A stretch of DNA of 28,668 nucleotides, taken from the NCBI GenBank assembly GCA_964573245.1, contig CAZNJA010000011.1:8637-37304 (forward strand), given 5' to 3'. The translations under genes were made by a program, and so were the position numbers. This DNA is from an uncultured bacterium (GTDB taxonomy: Bacteria > CAIJMQ01). Positions 16,185 through 24,051 of this stretch are shown one piece after another (position 1 is the stretch's first letter; every line of letters starts with the position of its first letter). The notes under the pieces were generated by a model, which had not been told where the DNA came from, did no database searches, and saw nothing but the letters and a program-made list of their open reading frames with translations.

Positions 16185-16996
16185 AAATATTTTGCTGAAT
16201 AGATTATTTCTACGGAACTTTCAAGATAAACATCTCTTATTTCGCCATTCTCCCGTTCTATTTCAACAGATAATTCTCCGCCTTTGGTTAGCACCTTAAT
16301 GCTTTTTGCTTGCAACAATCCTTTTAGGTATCCGATAATACTCGAAGCCAATGCCCCAGTACCACACGCATAGGTTTCACTTTCTACTCCTCTTTCATAT
16401 GTACGTATGGAAATAGAATCTTTACTCAACACTTGGACAAAATTAACATTCGTCCCTGCGGGTTGAAATTGTTTGTCATATCTTATTTTAGGACCGATTT
16501 TGAGAAGGTCTATTTTCTCTATATCGTCGACAAAAAATACCGCATGCGGCACGCCAGTATTAATAAAGCTGCCTTTGTAATCTTCGTTTTCTATTTTTAC
16601 GTGTATATCATCTTTGAAGTTTGTGGGGTTAGCTATTCTTATTTTTACATTATTACCTTTAACTTGAGCTATAATAATCCCGGAAAGCGTCTCCATTTGT
16701 ACATCACTTGAAGAAGTTAGTTTTTCTTCCATTAGAACTCTGGCGGAACAACGTGCTGCGTTTCCGCACATCTCTGCTTCGCTACCATCGGGATTGAATA
16801 TTCTCATCCAAGCATCTACTTTTTTAGATTTCTCCAGCACCACAAGTCCATCAGCACCTATGGAGAGATGACGTCTACAGATAATACGCGCCAAATTCGG
16901 CCAATTGTAGTTATATTCGTTTTTTAAATTCACAACTATAATAAAATCATTACCTGTACCAGATACTTTTAAGAAATTCAATCCACTAAAATTCAT
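16175..16996 (-). CDS. dapF: Diaminopimelate epimerase
   Basis: GTGNDF, IGADG, NPDGSEAEMCGNA, NTGVPH, GTNVNF, TYERGVESETYACGTG; ATG 16996 preferred as start. Confidence 0.95.
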   Translation of the reverse strand: MNFSGLNFLKVSGTGNDFIIVVNLKNEYNYNWPNLARIICRRHLSIGADGLVVLEKSKKVDAWMRIFNPDGSEAEMCGNAARCSARVLMEEKLTSSSDVQMETLSGIIIAQVKGNNVKIRIANPTNFKDDIHVKIENEDYKGSFINTGVPHAVFFVDDIEKIDLLKIGPKIRYDKQFQPAGTNVNFVQVLSKDSISIRTYERGVESETYACGTGALASSIIGYLKGLLQAKSIKVLTKGGELSVEIERENGEIRDVYLESSVEIIYSAKYLPR

Positions 16997-17172
16997 TTTA
17001 TTATACCTTCCATTCTGCAAAGATAGACACAATAAAGAATATCATTCTATCTATTTAACCTAATTTTGTATTTTACTCTTTTTCACACTAAAATCTAACC
17101 CTCTTTCTAACTTGGACTTAAACTCTTAAGACATTTTTCATGTTCCTTCCTGTTGATTTGCGGATTGAATGC

Positions 17173-17240
17173 TGGTGTCCAAATAGTGTCCATAACAGGT
17201 ACAAACTGATGCAAATCCATACAAATTGATACAAATAAAA
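17173..17240. repeat. att-arm-like module, copy 2
   Basis: GGTGTCCA-aat-AGTGTCCA direct repeat, then four phased decamers acaaactgat gcaaatccat acaaattgat acaaataaaa. Confidence 0.7.
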
Positions 17241-17311
17241 AAGAGGGCAAATCCAGTTTTAGCAACTCGAATCTGCCCCCTTGATTGCTGTTTTGTTTTT
17301 TTGCTTTTTTG

Positions 17312-17344
17312 GGCTTAAAAGGCCGTTACTCTACCAACTGAGTT
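17312..17344 (-). repeat. Duplicated 5' half of tRNA-Lys (att-like core)
   Basis: 32/33 identical to 14284-14316 (tRNA nt ~9-41: D arm and most of the anticodon arm), same orientation. Confidence 0.9.
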
Positions 17345-17408
17345 TAAGTACTTCTGAATTTTTAATAGGTCACGCATTCTTTTATTTCATCTCTATCATG
17401 TAAAAGAG

Positions 17409-18227
17409 TTATTGTTCCAATAAATATTTTTCCCATTCTTTCTCTAAATCTTTTATATCGCGTATAGAAGAATAAGAAAATTTGAGCGCTTCTTCTAAAG
17501 TTTTTCCGTCACGAAGCCGTCTACAAAAAGTAGTGAACTTGCCTGTTCCATATTTTCTAATTAAAAAATCAACTAAAGAAGCTGATTGTGCATAAAAAAT
17601 ACGAACCAATTCTTCGTCTTCAATTTTTCTGATATCTAACTCCATAATTGTCTTCAAAGGAATGAGTTTGCCGACTTTTAATAAGCTAACCGCCCTATTT
17701 TTAACTACATGAGGATTTGACCTTTCCTGCCACTGAGCTACTCCCTCATCCAACCATAAAGGGATCTCTCCTTTGAATCCCACAAAATCCCTAAAAATTA
17801 AATGTCCTAATTCATGAGGTAAAATTACATCAATAAATTTTTGGCTTCCTATATAACTAGATACTGTTTTGTCAATATAGTTAGCTTGGCCATGTGACCA
17901 GACAGGGCGGTTATTTGCTTTTACATAAGATTCGTGGTCTGAATAAAGATAAATCTTACATCTTTTGTCCCACAACCAAAAATCAGAATATCTCTGATAA
18001 CCCAAGTTAACAGCAATTTGTTTATAGTATATTTCTGCTTTGTCTAATACTTGTTTTGTAAATTTTTCTTCTTTGGTAGAATAAATTATAAAATGTTCAC
18101 CTTTAAGTTCTATCCATTCTTGCGAATATACGTCAGTTTGCAAACTCAAAAGATACAAGAAAGCTAAAAGAAAACCAAACGCATATTTCATATTAATTTT
18201 AGTGATTTTATTTCTAAAGGTTCCCAT
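17409..18227 (-). CDS. Secreted zinc metallopeptidase (peptidase MA-like)
   Basis: HELGH plus PLWLDEGVA and FYAQSASLVDFL; signal peptide if started at ATG 18191. Confidence 0.82.
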   Translation of the reverse strand: MGTFRNKITKINMKYAFGFLLAFLYLLSLQTDVYSQEWIELKGEHFIIYSTKEEKFTKQVLDKAEIYYKQIAVNLGYQRYSDFWLWDKRCKIYLYSDHESYVKANNRPVWSHGQANYIDKTVSSYIGSQKFIDVILPHELGHLIFRDFVGFKGEIPLWLDEGVAQWQERSNPHVVKNRAVSLLKVGKLIPLKTIMELDIRKIEDEELVRIFYAQSASLVDFLIRKYGTGKFTTFCRRLRDGKTLEEALKFSYSSIRDIKDLEKEWEKYLLEQ

Positions 18228-18233
18228 GTGGAT

Positions 18234-19445
18234 CTATTTAACCATTAGGTTTATTTGGAAAACAGGCAAAAGCATTGCAATTACTATAAAACCTATTACT
18301 GCTCCGACAACCAAAATCATTAAAGGCTCTAAAACTGCCGCCGACGTTGTTAACATCTCCTCAGTCTCTGTTTCATAGGAACTGGCGATTTCCGAGAAAC
18401 CTTCAGCAAATTTACCTGACTCTTCTGAAATAATTATGATATTAGTCATAAAAGTGGGAAATAATTTTAATTTTTTCAAAGCATTGCCGAAAGAGCCACC
18501 CTCTTCTACCTGTTTATGTCCTTGTTCAACCGCTTTTTTCAATACTTCATTATCAAAAATCGGGATTGCAATTTTGATAGCTTCTGAAATGGGAATACCG
18601 CTTACTACCAAAATTTCCAAGCTACGACAAAATCTGCCCAATTCCACTTTTAAGCTAAAATTACCCCATATTGGTATATGTAATTTAAGCTGGCTAAAAA
18701 CAGTCCTATGAATTTTTGTTCCCCGTTTAAAAACAAGGATTAACACAACTATTACTATTAATATCCATATCCACCATCGCTGTAATCCGGAACTTATAGC
18801 CAGAATAATTTGTGTAGGCAAAGGTAGTTCTTGACCTATATCAGAAAACATTTTTACAAGTCTAGGCATTACGAAAACAAACATAAACATTATGGTCAAT
18901 ACTCCAAGAATGGACATTAAAATAGGATATATGAGAGCACTGCGCACACGAGATAAAAATGCATTCTGTTTTTTTAAATGATCCGATATTCTAACCAATG
19001 CATCCGATAAATTACCGCTACTTTCCCCTGCTTGGACCATAGCTATATAAAGAGGAGAAAAAATCTTTGGATATTTTACCAGCACAGAAGAAAAGGATTC
19101 ACCATCTTTTATCTTTGAATAAATTTGCTCTAACAAAATTTTTAAATGAATGTCTTCTGTTTGTTCTAAAATTATAGTCAAACTTTTGGAAAGTTGAACC
19201 CCCGATTTTAATAAACTGGCTAATTGCCTGCTAAAAGTTATCACACTCTTTGTTTTTATTCTTCTATAGGAGACTACTGCAGTACCCAAAACAGATGTAA
19301 ATCCTTGAGGAATTTCTTCTATTTTAATTGGGAAACAGTTTTTTTGACTAAGTTTCTCAATTGCTTTTTCTCTACTCTCAGCTTCTATAACATCTTCTAT
19401 TATTTCTTTAGGGCTTTTTTTAGCCTGATATTTAAATAAAGGCAT
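18234..19445 (-). CDS. T2SS/T4P platform protein GspF/PilC
   Basis: FSRQLASLLKSGV, AGESSGNL, SALIYP, LPLPTQ, LEPLMILVVG..IAMLLPVF. Confidence 0.93.
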   Translation of the reverse strand: MPLFKYQAKKSPKEIIEDVIEAESREKAIEKLSQKNCFPIKIEEIPQGFTSVLGTAVVSYRRIKTKSVITFSRQLASLLKSGVQLSKSLTIILEQTEDIHLKILLEQIYSKIKDGESFSSVLVKYPKIFSPLYIAMVQAGESSGNLSDALVRISDHLKKQNAFLSRVRSALIYPILMSILGVLTIMFMFVFVMPRLVKMFSDIGQELPLPTQIILAISSGLQRWWIWILIVIVVLILVFKRGTKIHRTVFSQLKLHIPIWGNFSLKVELGRFCRSLEILVVSGIPISEAIKIAIPIFDNEVLKKAVEQGHKQVEEGGSFGNALKKLKLFPTFMTNIIIISEESGKFAEGFSEIASSYETETEEMLTTSAAVLEPLMILVVGAVIGFIVIAMLLPVFQINLMVK

Positions 19446-19449
19446 AATA

Positions 19450-19830
19450 TTACCATTCCCCCGTTACATACCTTGAAATCCTGTTTCTTTCTCTGTTGGA
19501 CAAGTCTAGGAAACACGCTCCCATTTCATAAGTTTTATTTTCCTCTATTTCCCTTATCCTCATAATCTTCACTAAACATTTTATTGGTTCTTCATTATCT
19601 AATAATTCCAAATTAATATGTAAGATTGTCCCTATAGGAAATTGCTGAAAAGCAATAAAAAGTATTCCTCCTGCACTAACATTTTTCAATATACTGAATT
19701 GTTCCGAAGAAGTTTTTTCTAAAGATATTTTTTGCGGTGATTTTACAACTTGATATTTAAGATTAAGTTTATTATTTAATCGGATAAAAAGTCTTCTATT
19801 ATTTTGGGAATCATCGCTCAAGGATACCAT
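19450..19830 (-). CDS. PilZ-domain protein
   Basis: RRLFIR (RxxxR) and NVSAGG (D/NxSxxG) motifs. Confidence 0.85.
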   Translation of the reverse strand: MVSLSDDSQNNRRLFIRLNNKLNLKYQVVKSPQKISLEKTSSEQFSILKNVSAGGILFIAFQQFPIGTILHINLELLDNEEPIKCLVKIMRIREIEENKTYEMGACFLDLSNRERNRISRYVTGEW

Positions 19831-19879
19831 ATTTGCGAAAATTACTAAGTTGATAATAATACCTAGGATAACTTATCTT

Positions 19880-21610
19880 TTAATTGCCTTTTTCCTCTTC
19901 CATCAAAGTGTTTTTCAGCACCTCTTCGGGCGTAGTTAAACCTTTAACTACTTTTTGCCACCCATTTTGACTTAAGGAATGCATTCCGTTTTCCAATGCG
20001 ACCTTTTTTATATTACTTGAAGATGCTTTTGATAAAATCAATTCTCTAATCTTTTCATTGATGATTAAAATTTCATATATAGCAGTTCTGCCATAATAAC
20101 CTGTAGAGTTACATTTTTTACAACCTTCTCCCTTGAAAATTTTAACTTCCGAATTTTGAATCCCAAGACTTGATGCAATCATTTTTTTTATTTCTAAAGA
20201 TTTGGTTTTATCCTCTTTCCTGCAATCCGGACAAATCAACCGCACTAATCGCTGAGCCATCAAAGCACTTACGCTTGAAGCAATAAAATAAGGTTCAACT
20301 CCGACATCTATTAATCTTGTAATCCCGCTTGCAGCATCATTCGTATGCAAAGTGGAAAGAACTAAATGTCCAGTCAATGCTGACCTCATAGCTATTTCAG
20401 CAGTTTCCAAATCTCTAACTTCTCCCACCATTATTACATCGGGGTCATGCCTTAATACACTTCTTAAACCCCTAGCAAAAGTCAAACCCGTCTGAGGAGC
20501 CACTTGTATTTGAGTTATGTTTTCAATCTCATATTCAATAGGGTCTTCTATTGTGATTATTTTACAATTCTCGGTGTTTAGTTCGTTCAAAGCAGCATAA
20601 AGAGTGGTAGTTTTACCGCTTCCGGTCGGCCCAGTAACGAAGATTATTCCATAGGGTCTTTTTATCAAATCTTCTACTGTCTTTAAATCTTGAGGAGAAA
20701 CACCCAATCCTTCTATGTTAAGTAGTAATTTCATTGGCAATATCCTAATAACCATGCTTTCTCCAAAAGGAGTGGGTAAAGTAGAAATCCTTAAATCTAA
20801 TGTTTGATTTTGAACTTTAACTATAGCCCGTCCATCCTGCGGAAGCCTTCTTTCCACAATATCCAAATTAGACATGATTTTTATTCTTGAAAATATCGGT
20901 TTTAAGAAATTTTTAAGTTGTACGGGGACATTAGATTTATACAAAATGCCATCTATCCGATAACGTAATCTAAGTTTATCCCTATAAGGTTCGATGTGTA
21001 TATCAGTAGCTCTTTTCTTAAATGCATCCAGAATTATTTGATTAACCAGCTTAACAACAGATGGCTCTTCGGTAAGTTTTTCGATATCTTCTACGTTCTC
21101 TTCCCTTACAGTTTCAGAAACAGCCATTTGTTCTTTAGGCGTCTTTTGGAGTATTTGGTGAACAGTAATAGCTCCTAACCCATACATCGCTTTCAAAGTT
21201 TCAATTATTTCATTTTCAAGAGCAAGAACCTGCTTAATCTCATATCCCAAATAGGTCCTAATTTCATCTTGGGCTTTTACAGACAAAGGATAAGACACGG
21301 CAATTGTCAATATTTTATTTTCTATTTTCAATGGAACAAATTTATAATAAGAAGGAATTTTGACCGGTATTTCGTCTATTAATGTTTTATCAATAGATAT
21401 CTCTCTTATATTTACAAAATCAAGATGTAATTGTTCAACCAAGATTTTCAAGATATCTTCCTCTGATATTATTGCCTTCTGGAGCAAAAGAAATCTGAGT
21501 TCCTGGTTGGAATTTTCAGCATCTTTTATTAAAGAATCTAATAACTGTTTTGAAATTAACCCTTTATCCAACAAAGACCGGCATAGGATAGAATCACTTT
21601 TATTAACCAT
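19880..21610 (-). CDS. T2SS/T4P assembly ATPase GspE/PilB
   Basis: ATDIHIEP, ERRLPQDG, GPTGSGKTT, TIEDPIE, LRHDPDVIMVGEVRD, STLHTND, CPDC/CKKC. Confidence 0.95.
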   Translation of the reverse strand: MVNKSDSILCRSLLDKGLISKQLLDSLIKDAENSNQELRFLLLQKAIISEEDILKILVEQLHLDFVNIREISIDKTLIDEIPVKIPSYYKFVPLKIENKILTIAVSYPLSVKAQDEIRTYLGYEIKQVLALENEIIETLKAMYGLGAITVHQILQKTPKEQMAVSETVREENVEDIEKLTEEPSVVKLVNQIILDAFKKRATDIHIEPYRDKLRLRYRIDGILYKSNVPVQLKNFLKPIFSRIKIMSNLDIVERRLPQDGRAIVKVQNQTLDLRISTLPTPFGESMVIRILPMKLLLNIEGLGVSPQDLKTVEDLIKRPYGIIFVTGPTGSGKTTTLYAALNELNTENCKIITIEDPIEYEIENITQIQVAPQTGLTFARGLRSVLRHDPDVIMVGEVRDLETAEIAMRSALTGHLVLSTLHTNDAASGITRLIDVGVEPYFIASSVSALMAQRLVRLICPDCRKEDKTKSLEIKKMIASSLGIQNSEVKIFKGEGCKKCNSTGYYGRTAIYEILIINEKIRELILSKASSSNIKKVALENGMHSLSQNGWQKVVKGLTTPEEVLKNTLMEEEKGN

Positions 21611-21619
21611 ATTCCACCT

Positions 21620-22090
21620 TTAATCTTTGGTTTTTTCGATTAAATTTCTTATAAACCTGTTTCTATACTGATGATACCGTTTGATGATTTCTGCCATATC
21701 ATCTCTGGAAGTAAGAACAATTTTTAATTTCAAGGGATTAACGATTTTTTCAATTTCCGCTATAGCTACGACATCCAAAAGATCAATAACAGCTATTGTT
21801 ATCGAATCAGCGTCTTTTTCTATTGGGAAACACTTATGTTTTGAGATTAAATAATATGGAAATTCTTTAACCAGAGCTACATCTATATATCTATCTTTAA
21901 TGCTAATATAGCTAATGTCAAACTGTTTCGACAAAATTTGCAATAAAGTTTTTTCCTCAATATACCTTCTACGCACCAGTATAGTGCCTATAAACTCTTT
22001 TGTTGTTTTCTGTTCTTCAAGAGCTTCTTGGAGTTGCTCCGAATTAATAAGCCCATTACCTACTAAAATCTCTCCTACACGTTTAGGCAT
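21620..22090 (-). CDS. Stand-alone MshEN/GSPII_N domain protein
   Basis: RVGEILVGNGLINSEQLQEALEEQ followed by a second half-motif FIGTILVRRRYIEEKTLLQILSKQ; no ATPase domain. Confidence 0.85.
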   Translation of the reverse strand: MPKRVGEILVGNGLINSEQLQEALEEQKTTKEFIGTILVRRRYIEEKTLLQILSKQFDISYISIKDRYIDVALVKEFPYYLISKHKCFPIEKDADSITIAVIDLLDVVAIAEIEKIVNPLKLKIVLTSRDDMAEIIKRYHQYRNRFIRNLIEKTKD

Positions 22091-22110
22091 TTCACTTTTT
22101 GTCCCGGTTA

Positions 22111-22139
22111 ATTATAAATTATACGTTATTCAAAAGCAA
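22111..22139 (-). promoter_or_regulatory. Sigma70 promoter of the T2SS/T4P operon
   Basis: TTGCTT-N17-TATAAT. Confidence 0.55.
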
Positions 22140-22143
22140 CCAT

Positions 22144-22172
22144 TTGATTTTCGCAAATTGCAATCTTATAAT
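22144..22172 (+). promoter_or_regulatory. Sigma70 promoter of the divergent operon
   Basis: TTGATT-N17-TATAAT, back-to-back with the minus-strand promoter. Confidence 0.6.
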
Positions 22173-22275
22173 ACTTAATAAAGAGTATCCTATTTAAGTA
22201 AAATATATAAAAAAGGAAGAAGATAAGATAGGATGTACAAGAAGGAAAAGCAAATATTAAGGAAACGATAAAATA

Positions 22276-23169
22276 ATGAGACACACTTTAAAAACCTGGC
22301 ATATAATTTATAGCATTATAATTAGCTTTCTAATAATAGCGGAAATGCTGATACCAGAAGCAATTGCCCAAGAAAGAGAAAATGTTTATATGAGGCTTTT
22401 GGCAGTCAATCCTTCAAAAGAAGAAACCCAGAGTGTAAGCATTAAAGAATATCTTCCCCAAGAAGTAACTCCTAAAGATGTTGTAAGCACAGGTGGACTA
22501 AATTTAGAATACGACACAGAACGCGGTTTATACTATGTTTATAAATCGAATATTAAACTGCCTGCAGGTAAAACTATGACTTTTTCCGTTGAATTAAAGG
22601 ATATTTGGTATATTTCCGAAGATAAGCTGAATACTTTAAAAGCTCAAGCAGAAAGTATTCTCAACTCTACGGAAAATACCGAACAATATTCTACAGTTAA
22701 AGAAATTGCCGATGAAATAGCTACCCAAATCGAAAAAACTATTACCTCCCAAAAAGAAGCTGAAGGACTTTCATTCAAACAAGAAGTAGCAACTTACCGT
22801 GATAATATGAACACCTTAAGCCATATTCAAGAAAATATAGAAAGAATGAGAAATTTTTGGGTAACAGCTGGAAAAGGTGAAAGCGGACATTCACAACGTG
22901 CAATGTTAGAAGAATCAAAATTGAAATCAGACATACCATCAAAAACAGCTACATGGATGGTAATCTTCATAATCATAACTTTTATTTTAGTATTGGGAGC
23001 CGCCTTTTTCTTCGCCTGGATTCGTTCAACCCGTTCTATCGAACAAACCACGTCTGAAGCAGCAGAATCCTCTTTCTCTGGACCTGAATTAGAAGATAAA
23101 GAACAAACACAAACTAAAACGCCAGAAGAAAAACAAGAAGAAACAAAAGAAGCAGAAGAAAATAAATGA
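22276..23169 (+). CDS. Exported single-pass membrane hypothetical protein
   Basis: Signal peptide (..EAIA-Q), beta-rich segment then helical/coiled region, TM near the C-terminus, acidic tail. Confidence 0.85.
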   Translation: MRHTLKTWHIIYSIIISFLIIAEMLIPEAIAQERENVYMRLLAVNPSKEETQSVSIKEYLPQEVTPKDVVSTGGLNLEYDTERGLYYVYKSNIKLPAGKTMTFSVELKDIWYISEDKLNTLKAQAESILNSTENTEQYSTVKEIADEIATQIEKTITSQKEAEGLSFKQEVATYRDNMNTLSHIQENIERMRNFWVTAGKGESGHSQRAMLEESKLKSDIPSKTATWMVIFIIITFILVLGAAFFFAWIRSTRSIEQTTSEAAESSFSGPELEDKEQTQTKTPEEKQEETKEAEENK

Positions 23170-23182
23170 ACGACTAAACCCA

Positions 23183-23425
23183 ATGATTAATGTAGTAGCT
23201 ATTACATCTCAAGAGATAGCTTTTAGAGGAAAAGCTCAAAGTGTAATTTTACCAGGGGAACAAGGCATGTTTGAAGTCCTACCATTTCACAAAAACCTTA
23301 TTAGCCGTTTAGTAAAAGGCAAGATTCAAATAGATGAAAGCACTTTTCATATCCTGCGTGGGATAGCCAAAGTAGAAAAAAACTATGTAACCGTAATTAT
23401 GGAAAAAGCGGAGAGCAAAAAATGA
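23183..23425 (+). CDS. ATP synthase epsilon-like protein (N-terminal beta-sandwich only)
   Basis: AFRGKAQSVILPGEQGMFEVLPFHKNLISRLVKGKI...GIAKV..NYVTVI resembles the AtpC LPG..G.FGIL.GH..L pattern; C-terminal helices absent. Confidence 0.8.
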   Translation: MINVVAITSQEIAFRGKAQSVILPGEQGMFEVLPFHKNLISRLVKGKIQIDESTFHILRGIAKVEKNYVTVIMEKAESKK

Positions 23426-23649
23426 GCCATAATATGGCAGTTGTGTTAATTATTTCTTTATCTGTATTGGGACCTTCAATAGTGTTTATAGCCAGTTCAT
23501 TCGCAAGTATTCAAGCTTTAGGCCGTAACCCTTCCGCCTCACCTAAAATTTTTACCGCCATGATAATCACTCTTGCTTTTACGGAGGCATTAGCATTTGT
23601 AGCTCTTTTAGTGGCATTTCAATTATTGGGCAATCAAATCGCCCCTTAA
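23422..23649 (+). CDS. ATP synthase c-subunit-like proteolipid
   Basis: Two TM helices, loop ALGRNPSA, conserved carboxylate FTEAL; lacks GxGxGxG. Confidence 0.82.
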   Translation: MSHNMAVVLIISLSVLGPSIVFIASSFASIQALGRNPSASPKIFTAMIITLAFTEALAFVALLVAFQLLGNQIAP

Positions 23650-24051
23650 ATGTATAAAAAAATGGGAAAAAACAAAGTTTTATTAGTTGATGATAACCCT
23701 GAATATTTGGAATTAACAAGTTTCTATTTAAAAAACCAAGGATATATGGTGGATATAGCTAATTCAGGAGAAGAAGCTCTATCCAAAATAAAAAAAGATA
23801 GACCTGCAATAGTATTTTTAGATCTACAAATGCCCAAAATAGGCGGATTAGAATTATTAAAACAAATCAAAGCTCTATATCCCGACCTTCCTGTAATTAT
23901 AGTCAGTGCGCACGGAGATAAGGAAAAAGAAGAACAGGCAAAAAAGGCAGGTGCCACGGATTTTTATTGCAAAGGTGATGATTTTACGAAAGCAGCTCAA
24001 CTTATTGAAATGACTCTATATGGAAAGCTGTCAGAATCAGAAGAAGGGTAA
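23650..24051 (+). CDS. Single-domain response regulator
   Basis: LLVDD, FLDLQMP, IIVSA, FYCK. Confidence 0.92.
   Translation: MYKKMGKNKVLLVDDNPEYLELTSFYLKNQGYMVDIANSGEEALSKIKKDRPAIVFLDLQMPKIGGLELLKQIKALYPDLPVIIVSAHGDKEKEEQAKKAGATDFYCKGDDFTKAAQLIEMTLYGKLSESEEG

Noticed and set aside
16041-16190. Ancestral dapF-dapL fusion (in frame if only 16062-16183 is removed)
   Set aside because: Depends on an arbitrary boundary choice; the full 14-bp TIR boundaries give a normal stop, and dapL has its own RBS.
16997-17032. Upstream alternative start for dapF
   Set aside because: ATG 16996 fits the DapF N-terminus and follows a GGAAGG tract.
23183-23649. Calling these canonical atpC/atpE of a functional ATP synthase operon
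   Set aside because: All other subunits are absent, epsilon is truncated and c lacks the glycine motif, so gene symbols were withheld.
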